A stretch of DNA of 64,000 nt from an uncultured virus (IMG/VR IMGVR_UViG_3300032116_000114) (lineage: Duplodnaviria; Heunggongvirae; Uroviricota; Caudoviricetes): positions 1 through 64,000 of IMG/VR virus record IMGVR_UViG_3300032116_000114. The stretch is one strand, 5' to 3'. The translations under genes were made by a program, and so were the position numbers. Below are positions 1 to 10,100 of the stretch, piece by piece (the stretch's first letter is position 1; the number at the start of each line of letters is the position of its first letter). The notes beneath the pieces are model-generated. The model was not told the origin of the DNA and made no database searches. It saw only the letters and a list, made by a program, of their open reading frames with translations.

Positions 1-1
1 C

Positions 2-3000
2 GAAAGGAACATATTAACCTATACTGGTGATATTAAAACATATGGTCTAACAGAAGACGGTAGTACCATAGGCGCTACAAATTTAACCGTTGGTAATCAA
101 GGTCAAACATTACAAGCTAAGAGTGGGTCACCAAGCTGGGAAACTTTTAATTCTTCGGCAAAAGTCTATTACGTTGCAACCGATGGTGTTGATAGCAGAA
201 CTACTGGAACATCACAAAACTCTCCTTGGAGAACAGTGAGATATGCACTGGATAACATCACTGGACCTGCTACAGTTTTTGTAAAGAATGGAATGTACGA
301 AGAAATACTACCGTTAAGAGTTCCATCATTTGTAGCGGTAGTAGGAGACGAACTTAGAGGAACAATTATTTCGGCATCCGATACTGTGTTTACCAATGCA
401 GACGCCTCGGCAATGTTGGATGTTATTGATTATTTAAATTATATTATAGAATACTTGATTTTAGAACAGCCAATTGGTACTACCGAAGTAGCCAATCCGG
501 CATACGGTTCAATTTTATATGGACATGTTCCTCAAGATTTTACAGGAACCCCTGGAACCTCTGTGCAGGTAACTGCGGCAAGATCATTATTAGCACAGAT
601 ACGATCAAGACTAGCAACTGGAACAGCTTCTCCTATTACAGGAACAAATGCTCTATCTACAGATGCTAATGTACTTGCAGCAGCGGCTCAATTATTAAAC
701 AATTCTGAATTTTTAGAATCAGAAATGTCTGCATACATTGCGTTTTTGAGATCAAGTTATACACAACCTCCAAGATTTATTCCTGATGTTGTAAAAATTG
801 TCAATGCTGTTGCTTACGATTTAAAATATCCAGGCAATTATGAAAGTCAATTTACTGGCACTTATTTTTACAATTCAAAAACTGGATCAGAAAATAGATT
901 ATCAAATATGTTTTTGATGAAGGACGGCACGGGATTAAGAAATTGTACATTAACCGGTCTTAGTGGAACACTGGGAGCATTAAATGTCTATTTGACAAGA
1001 AGACCAACTGCCGGTGCGTATGCTAGTTTAGATCCAGGATATGGTCCGGCTGATACTAGTGCATGGGTAGGAACAAAATCTCCGTATATACAAAACGTGA
1101 CTACATTTGGTACAGCCTGTATTGGCCTCAAAATAGACGGCGACCTACACGACGGCGGCAATCAAACTATTGTTGCCAACGATTTTACACAGGTGTTATC
1201 AGATGGAATTGGCGTATGGTGTAATGGTACTGGTAAAACAGAAGTTGTGTCGGTCTTTACCTATTATAATCATGTTAGTTATCTATGTACCGACGGTGGA
1301 AAAATTAGAGGTACAAACGGAAACAGTTCATACGGACAATACGGAGCAGTTGCAGAAGGTTTTGATCTAAGCGAAGTTCCAATTACTGCTGTAGTCAATA
1401 ATCGATATTACGATGCTAATGTAGATCAAGTATTTGCAGTCAACGGAGAATTGACCAGAGCATTTTTCAGTCATGCAGGAAACGAATATACCCAAGCAAC
1501 CTATACATTAACTGGTGCAGGTATTAACGGATCCTTGCTAGCAGAAGAGTTTAGGGACGGAGCAGTTTACGAAGTAAGAATTAAAGATCCGGGAGATTCT
1601 TCAGGATCGGGCGGCGGCGGATATGCTAATGCTAAAAATAATGCACAATCAGGAGATTTATACTCTGTAACAATTGCAGGTTCTGATGATTCAGAAGCAG
1701 ATAGCTATCGTTCTATGCGATTGGTACTAGATTCTGGAACTGGAACAGGTCAATACGGATATATTGCAGAATTTAACGAAACTACAAAAAATGCTTTTAT
1801 AGCCAGCGAATTTAAACCACAACAAACTGTAGCATCAACTACTTCATCTGGAAACAGGATTACTATTGGCACCACAGAATATCTAAAACTTAATGATCCT
1901 GTATTGTTTACAGGAGTGGTTAGCGGAAACATACAATTAGAAACTATTTACTATGTAAAAACCATAGTAAACGCTACACAAATAACGGTAAGTGATTCAG
2001 AAGGCGGCACAGTATTTTTATTAATTAACAGTTCCGGCGGCATGATAATGCATCATCTAGGTTGGAATCATTTCCAACCAGGTACTACTATAGAGCCTGT
2101 ATTAGACACAACAACCTATTACAGTATTGAACCTAGAGTTACTTTTAGTTCTACAGGTTATAATGCAAGCGCAATTAGTTTAGCCACACCAGATGACTGG
2201 ATCAGTATTACCTATGGTAGTGGAAAGTGGGTTGCGGTAGCCAATGGAGTTTCTACAGCCGGATCAAATGCCGCTGGTTATTCGTCAAATGGAACTACTT
2301 GGACAGCAACTAATTTACCAACTGCTGCAACATGGGTTAAAGTTGCCTACGGAGATAATACATTTGTTGCAGTGGCATCAAGCGGACAAATTTCTTATAG
2401 TTTTGATGGTGTAGCTTGGAACGTTGCTACAGCACCCGTAGAAACATACAGTTCGGTAGTCTACGGCAACGGTCTATGGGTTGCTACATCCACCGGCGGC
2501 AAAGATATTGCAACATCACCAGATGCAATAACATGGACCGCAGGACTATTGCCAGAAGGCGCCGACTGGATTGACATTACCTACGGTAAAGGCAAATTTG
2601 TTGCCGTTTCACAAAGTGACTCGTCTACAGCACAAACAGCATATAGTACCGACGGAACCACATGGACACTGGGATCATTTATCGGTGGCTGTAGAGGAAT
2701 TGCCTACGGTAATAATAGATTTGTAGCCATAGAAGGTGGCTTCGCCGGAGCTAACTCCACTTTTTATAGTTTTGACGGTATAACATGGACTCCTGCATCT
2801 ATCGATACACAAAATTGGCAGACTATCAAATACTTCCAAGGAACATTTGTTGCTCTAGCAGAAAGTTATGATAAAGTAGCAGTGTCAACAGACGGTATCA
2901 ACTGGGCGTATAGAAGTTTGAGTGGAGTCCAGTCATGGAGAGATATAGCCGGCGGCGGTATTGGCAAACTGGTAGCAGTGTCTGGATTATCAGCAACTAC

Positions 3001-4087
3001 TGTTGGTAATTTGTTATCAATGGGAACTACTCCTCAGGCTAGAGTAACATTGGGAAGTGGTCGTATTTTAAGTATATTGTTATGGGAAGTAGGCAGCGGT
3101 TATTCTTCAGCACCAGTAATGACATTAACAGATCCTAATAACACAACAGAAGTTACTGTAGGAGTTAGAGTTGGTAATGGAGTATTGGGCACTCCGTCGA
3201 TTGTAGATGTTGGCGAATCTTATCAAACATTAACTACAGGTGCTATTGTAGCTGGAGACGGATATAAAGATCAATATCAAACTGGAAAATTTCTTGTAGT
3301 TGACAGTTTAACTCGTATACCGGGTCCTGGCGATAACTTAAACATAAACGGCATCGATGATTATACCTACAAGGTATTGTCAGCAGTTGTTCTTGGAGGA
3401 ACAGTAGGAGATTACACTGCTCAAATTGCAATAGCAAAAACCCTAGGAAGAGAAGAATCTCCGGAGCACGACGAATCACTTACTATTAGACAGTTGTACA
3501 GTCAAGTTCGTTTGACAGGTCACGATTTCTTAGATGTAGGATTAGGAAACTTTGAACAAACAAATTATCCTAATACATTATTTCCTGTAGGAACAGTTCT
3601 TGCACCAGAAAATGAAGTTGTAGAAAAAGGCGGCGGCCGAGTATTTTATTCGAGCACTGACCAAGACGGTAATTTCCGAGTTGGAGAAGTTTTTGCAGTT
3701 GAGCAATCGACTGGTACAGTGACTATTAGTGCTGATTTCTTTGTGCTAGAAGGACTAGAAGAACTATCTCTAGGCGGAGTAAGCGTTGGTGGATCAGGAG
3801 TTGTAATTAGAGAATTTTCAACAGACCCATTATTCATCGCAGACAGTAATAACATTGTTCCTACACAACGGGCAGTTAAAGCCTATTTGTCAAGAAGAGT
3901 GTCAGGTGGTGGTTCTGATGCATTTACAACATCAGTAGTTGCAGGTGTGGTAAGAGTTGGACCTACTGATATTGGAACAACAACAAGCGAACAACTTAAC
4001 ATACCTGTTAAGGTTAATTTTAAACAACCTTTCAGTGGCGACTTATTAACTAATACCTACTTCCTTGCAGGAAGGGGTATGATATAA
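2..4087 (+). CDS. Giant tail fibre / receptor-binding structural protein, 5'-truncated by the window edge; paralog of 4133..12463
   Basis: Frame is open from base 2 (ERNILTYTGD...VYYVATDG...PWRTVRYA) and aligns by eye with the next gene, so GTG 236 is not the real start. Contains a beta-helix-like region, W-x2-(I/V)AYG-x-G-x-FVAV / YSxDGxTW propeller blades, and the C-terminal YSQVRLTGHDFLD...STDQDGNFRVG block shared with the next gene. Confidence 0.8.
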   Translation, partial: ERNILTYTGDIKTYGLTEDGSTIGATNLTVGNQGQTLQAKSGSPSWETFNSSAKVYYVATDGVDSRTTGTSQNSPWRTVRYALDNITGPATVFVKNGMYEEILPLRVPSFVAVVGDELRGTIISASDTVFTNADASAMLDVIDYLNYIIEYLILEQPIGTTEVANPAYGSILYGHVPQDFTGTPGTSVQVTAARSLLAQIRSRLATGTASPITGTNALSTDANVLAAAAQLLNNSEFLESEMSAYIAFLRSSYTQPPRFIPDVVKIVNAVAYDLKYPGNYESQFTGTYFYNSKTGSENRLSNMFLMKDGTGLRNCTLTGLSGTLGALNVYLTRRPTAGAYASLDPGYGPADTSAWVGTKSPYIQNVTTFGTACIGLKIDGDLHDGGNQTIVANDFTQVLSDGIGVWCNGTGKTEVVSVFTYYNHVSYLCTDGGKIRGTNGNSSYGQYGAVAEGFDLSEVPITAVVNNRYYDANVDQVFAVNGELTRAFFSHAGNEYTQATYTLTGAGINGSLLAEEFRDGAVYEVRIKDPGDSSGSGGGGYANAKNNAQSGDLYSVTIAGSDDSEADSYRSMRLVLDSGTGTGQYGYIAEFNETTKNAFIASEFKPQQTVASTTSSGNRITIGTTEYLKLNDPVLFTGVVSGNIQLETIYYVKTIVNATQITVSDSEGGTVFLLINSSGGMIMHHLGWNHFQPGTTIEPVLDTTTYYSIEPRVTFSSTGYNASAISLATPDDWISITYGSGKWVAVANGVSTAGSNAAGYSSNGTTWTATNLPTAATWVKVAYGDNTFVAVASSGQISYSFDGVAWNVATAPVETYSSVVYGNGLWVATSTGGKDIATSPDAITWTAGLLPEGADWIDITYGKGKFVAVSQSDSSTAQTAYSTDGTTWTLGSFIGGCRGIAYGNNRFVAIEGGFAGANSTFYSFDGITWTPASIDTQNWQTIKYFQGTFVALAESYDKVAVSTDGINWAYRSLSGVQSWRDIAGGGIGKLVAVSGLSATTVGNLLSMGTTPQARVTLGSGRILSILLWEVGSGYSSAPVMTLTDPNNTTEVTVGVRVGNGVLGTPSIVDVGESYQTLTTGAIVAGDGYKDQYQTGKFLVVDSLTRIPGPGDNLNINGIDDYTYKVLSAVVLGGTVGDYTAQIAIAKTLGREESPEHDESLTIRQLYSQVRLTGHDFLDVGLGNFEQTNYPNTLFPVGTVLAPENEVVEKGGGRVFYSSTDQDGNFRVGEVFAVEQSTGTVTISADFFVLEGLEELSLGGVSVGGSGVVIREFSTDPLFIADSNNIVPTQRAVKAYLSRRVSGGGSDAFTTSVVAGVVRVGPTDIGTTTSEQLNIPVKVNFKQPFSGDLLTNTYFLAGRGMI

Positions 4088-4104
4088 GTATTTTTTGACG
4101 AGCA

Positions 4105-4110
4105 TAAATA
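4105..4110 (+). promoter_or_regulatory. T4-type late promoter core TAAATA
   Basis: TAAATA in the intergenic gap, followed by GGAG Shine-Dalgarno and ATG 4133. The same hexamer precedes many structural genes in this window. Confidence 0.6.
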
Positions 4111-4132
4111 TTAATAACGGATTGGAGCTAAA

Positions 4133-7100
4133 ATGGCTGAATTTAAACTAGGTAGAATTAGATTTGTATGGAAAGCAGACTGGGTAACCGGTACTACATA
4201 CTATAAAGATGACGTCATCAATTATGGTGGACGTACTTATTTGTGCGTATCAGGGCATACTGCTAACGCAGATTTTTATGCTGATCTGGATGTAATTCCT
4301 ACAAAATGGAATTTATTTGCCGACGGCCAATCATGGAAAGGTGAGTGGGAACAGTTAACTTTATACAAAGAAAATGATCTTGTTAAATATGGCGGATTTG
4401 TTTATATTTGTACTCAAGGTCATACTTCGTCAACCGAAACTAACGGATTAGAATTTGATTTAGATCTAGGCGATAGCGCACTATCAAAATGGGAATTATA
4501 CGCAGAAGGATTTGAATGGAGAAGCGATTGGAGTTCTGTCGTTCGTTATCGCAAAAACGATATTGCAAAATACGGCGGAAACAATTATGTTTGTAATACT
4601 CCTCACACTTCTGCAGCCACCGCAGCGTTAGGTCTAGAAGCAGACTTAGAAAAATGGGATATCTTAAGTGAAGGTTTTGATTGGAAAGGCGACTGGTCAG
4701 TTAGCCTACGATATAAAATCAACGACGTTGTAAAATACGGCGGTCAGTCATATATTTGTAATGAAGGTCACACTTCTGCAGGAATAGCAGCCAACGGCCT
4801 AGAAGCCGACCAATCAAAATGGGATTACTTCCACAAAGGTATTGAATACAAAGGCGAATGGGCTAATGCAGTCCGTTACAAAGTTAACGATTTAGTAAAA
4901 TACGGAAATAGCATTTGGAGATGTAATACATATCACACAAGTTCAACAAACTTTAGTGTAGTTTATTTTGAACAGTTTGTTGAGGGTATAGAATTTGAAA
5001 GTTTTTGGAGTTCTGCAACAACCTATCAACCGGGCGACATTGTTAGATACGGTGGTTATTCTTATATTTCTAAAACAGTACACACTAATGTTATACCAAC
5101 TGATACTTCAAATTGGGATCTCTTTACAACTTCCTTTAAATTTGAAGGCGAATGGAGTTCTGGAACAGCGTACTTGCCAGGTGAAGTGATTAGACACGGC
5201 GGTTATACATACACCGCTACACTATCAGGAACTAACAAAAATCCAGAAACTGAAACTACCTATTGGTCTAGACTAAACAGTGGCCTAAGATGGAGAGGAG
5301 AATGGTTAAATTCAACTTCTTATCTATTAGGCGATATTGTAAAATACAATTCAAGTAGTTATATTTGTATTCTTGGACACACATCAGATGATGACGACAG
5401 TACACTTACTCCAACAACAAACAGTCCAGAGAAAGACAATACTGGAACATATTGGAATTTAATTACCAGCGGACTAGAAGATAGTGTTTTAACTACTACA
5501 GGAGATTTAGTTTATTACGCTCCTACAGGTCCTACAAGACTGCCTATTGGTGAAGAAGGACAAGTTCTTGCTGTAGAAAATGGAGTTCCAGTTTGGAAAT
5601 TCTGGGGTAAAGTTGAACAGGTTTATTATGTTGCAGCGCATGGTGTAGATGCACCTTATCCTGCATACGGAACAACCATTGATCGGCCGTGGGCTTCTGT
5701 AAGATATGCCTGTGAGCAGATTGCTAAAGGTACAGAATTTTCAAATGCCGCATATCTGTTAAATCAAAATAGAACATTCATACAAAAAGAACTTACCGAA
5801 TGGGTCGTTTATCAGATTGCCAACAGTATTGCTCCTTTTGCTGGTTTTGTTAATGACAGCCAGGCATTGTGCGAACGTGATATTGGTTTAATTGTAGACG
5901 CATTTGTCTATGATCTAACACACGGTGGAAATACCAAAACAATCGCTGCTACAGAATCTTATTTTACAGCACTTGGTGTTATTGAACCATTTATTGCTGA
6001 CGAAGAAGAGCAACTAGTAGCATCTATTAATTACACTGTGACGCTAATAGATAAAATCTTAGCTAATCTTGCACCAGTTGCAAATTACCAAGCACTAAAC
6101 GGAATTAGCGTAGGCAACAGAATTAAACAAATCATAGATTTCAATTATGATTCTGAAACTGGAGCAGGTGCCCTTATTACAGGACTAGCTGAAATAATTA
6201 CAGATGCGTTAACTGCAAATAGTATTGCAGATTTACCAGCAGCCGATGTACCAAACTATACAATTAATGTAAAAACAGGACAATTTTACGAAGTTCTACC
6301 AATCTACGTTCCAGCAAATACTGCAATAGTAGGTGATGAATTACGTAGTACTAGAATTAGTCCAGCTGGTTCATTGATCGCAGCCAATGACAAGGCAAAA
6401 TCTGTAACTACTTTACAGAGACTAAAGGCTATTACTTCAGACATTATTACTAACGTTGCAGTAACACCTACTTCAGGTAATACAGCTACACAAAATACAA
6501 CCAGTCAAAAGGCTGGTAATGTTGGTAGTGCAACCGCAGTGTCAAGCATTGAAGCAAATATCACTGAAATTAAAGATATTATTTCTAACGGCCTAGGGTC
6601 AGTTGATGCATTTGTTTTGCCAAGTCCGACAAACTGGGGAACAAGTTTAACCAATACTGCTTACGCTTCAACTGGCAATGTTACTGGTGCAACATCTACA
6701 TATGACAATGCTAGAGCACAAATTTTAGCCAACACAGCATTTATCAAAGCAGAAATTACTGCATGGATTGCTGTTCAAGTAGCAGGAAACATTGCACCGT
6801 TCACGACATCATTTACATATGATGCTGCGGCATGTGCTCGTGATGTAGGATACATTTTAGATGCAGCTCGATATGATATCACCTACGGTGGTAATACACA
6901 GACAAGAATTGCAGCAGATGCATATTACAGCTACGGTGAGGCAACATTTGGTAGCGGAGAAAAGGCAGCAACCTTAGCAGCATTTGCAAGATTAAAAACA
7001 GTTGTAGGTCAGGTTGTTACAGAAGCAGCAGTTTCTGTATCAGCAGGCAACGCTCTAACACAAGATGTTAGCGGTACTGCTGGTAATACCAGTTCAAAGA

Positions 7101-10100
7101 ATTTTGCCGAAGAGCGTGTACAAGAAATTATTAACACTATTACTGCCGACGGTGTATTACCAACACTAATAGCACCTGCAACTTCTTGGGTGTCAGCAGC
7201 ATTGTTAACTGCAAGAACAGTACTTAACAGTCTAAGATCTACAGTACAAACTGATTCAGTTACTTACATCAAGAGAGAATTCCCAACACTGAACTTTAAT
7301 GAAACTACCTGTTCTAGAGACGTAGGCTACATCGTAGATGCATTAGGCTACGACTTGATGTTTGGCTCAAATTTTGCTTCTATCAAAGCAGGAATGGCCT
7401 ATAGAAGAGGAACTAGTTCAGCACTATTGGTAGTGGCCAATCAGTTGGCAGCAACTCTAGGTATTATTGACTTCATTGGACACAAGGCAAAACAAATTGC
7501 AGCATCGGGAGCAACAGTTGCTGCCGGTAAGCTATGGGATTATGCTATTGACTATGTCAACACAGGAACACGCCCGGTTGTATTTGGCACAAACATTCCG
7601 GTAACAGATACCGATCTAATAAATGGTGCTAAAATTCTTGAACTTAACAAAGATTTCTTAGCAGCAGAAGCTACTGCATATGTTGCCAATACATTTAAAA
7701 CAACTGTATCATCAGCAGATGGTAGTACAGACACATTTACATGTAGTTCGCAAACATGGTTAGTTGCAGGCGACACAATACGATTCACAGGAACTGTATT
7801 TGGTAATGTTGCACTAAACACAACCTACTATGTATTAGCATCTGGACTAACAGCAACAACCTTTAAGATCTCAACTAGCCTAAATGGCACAGCAGTTGAT
7901 TTATCTGCAGCCAGCGGTACTATGGTTGCTAACTGGTACTACAGTGCTGCCCGTTGTGAAAACGATGTAAGAAATTATGTTGATGCTATATCTAAAGATT
8001 TAGTATATACAGGCAATTTTAACACAGTGACGGCAGCTAGATATTACAGAAATGCCTATACAGGTTCTAAACTAGAAGACATGTTCTATGTAAGAAATGG
8101 TTGCGGTGTTCGTAATCAAACACTCACAGGCCTAGATGGTACATCAGACGGTAATACCGCAGGTGCAGGTGATGCAGACGGACTAACCCCAGTTAATGAA
8201 TGGGGTACACAACGTCCGTTAGCAGGTGCATATGTATCTCTTGATCCAGGATGGGGTCCTAACGATGATCGTGCATGGGTTACTAACAAATCAACTTACG
8301 TACAAAACGTAACAACATTTGGTACTGCCTGTGTAGGTCAAAAGATCGATGGCAGCTTACACGCAGGCGGTAATGATTCTATTGTTAGCAATGACTTCAC
8401 ACAGGTATTGAGTGACGGTATTGGAGCATGGATTACTAACTTAGGTCGTGCAGAACTTGTTTCGGTGTTCTCGTACTACAATCACATTGGCTATCTAGCT
8501 GAAAACGGTGGTAAGATTCGTGCTACCAACGGTAATAACTCCTACGGAACATTTGGTTCTGTTGCTGAAGGATATGATGTTACTGAAACTCCGATTACAG
8601 GAGCAGTTGATAACCAAGCCCAAGAAGCTAGTGTTAGAAGTATTATCACAGACGGCAATCAATTGCTAGTTATGGAATATTTAAATGCTGGTTTAGATTA
8701 TTCAACAGCTAGCTATACTATTTCTGGTGCAGGATCCGGAGCAGCAGTATCTACAATAGATACTAGAAATGGCGGATTATATCAGGTAAGATTAACTGAT
8801 CCGGGCGATAGCACAGGACCTGGCGGTGTTGGTTATGTAACTTCTGGCAACGTAGCACAAGGCGGAAATACAACACAGATTACTATTGCGGCTGCTGATA
8901 GCGCATTAAGTACAGCCTATGTAGGCATGCACTTGTTTATTACAGCAGGAACAGGCGCAGGACAGTATGGTTATATTCAAACCTATAACAACGGAAGCAA
9001 AGTTGCTACTATTAGAAAAGAAAGTGACGGTACAGCAGGATGGGATCATGTGATTCCAGGTACGCCAATTGTGGCTTCACTGGATCTTACTACAGTTTAT
9101 GAAATTACACCTAGAGTTACATTTAGTGATCCTGGTTATACAAAAACTATAAGATCGCTATCCACTGCTAGAAATTGGAATGATGCTGTTTACGGAAACG
9201 GTTATGCCAGCTACTTAGGTTTAAGTGCTACAGGGGGTGTAGGATCTAGTTCTACATTTGATGTTGTAAGAAGAAATGGAACATATACTGTAACTATTAA
9301 TTCTCCTGGATTTGATTTCGTAGTAGGTAATACATTAACTATTGCTGGCACAGCAGTAGGTGGTGCAGCTCCAACTAACAACATTAGCATAACAGTTGAT
9401 GCAATAGATTCTACAGATGGTAGTATTACCGCAGTTTCCGCAACAGGCACAGCAATTGCTGGAGCATATGTTGCAGTAGGATCTAGCACAAATAAAGCAG
9501 GTTATTCTATAGATGGAACAACTTGGAGCGAAGTAACATTACCAGCAGTTGGCGATTGGCAATCTATTGCGTACGGTGTTTACTCTAGCGTTAGCAAGTA
9601 TGTTGCAATCGTAAGAGACGGCACAATTGCAGCACACTCAGTTGACGGCGTCAACTGGTCGACTAGTTCTATTGGCGAAGGTGGTGACTGGGTAGGCATT
9701 GCCTACGGTAGTGCAAAATTTGTTGCAATAAGTGAAAGCGATTCCGGCACAACATCCAGAGCAGTATCATCAGATGGCGGCTTAACCTGGAGTGTTGGTA
9801 GCGTATCAACAGGCGCCAAAGCTATTGCGTTTGGTAATGGCCGATTTGTCATTGTTGAAGGTAATTTTAGCAATAGTGTAGCATGGTCTACAGATGGCGT
9901 TACATGGAATGTGACAACAATGCCAGCTAATGCTGATTCAACAGAATCAAATTGGTTTGACATCGCATTCGGTAACGGAAGATTCGTTGCAATTGCTGAT
10001 AATGCAACAATGGTTGCTTACAGTTTCAACGGTGCAACATGGTATTCTTCAACACTGCCAGTTAGTGCAGACTGGAGAAAAGTTGTATACGGTAGTGGAA

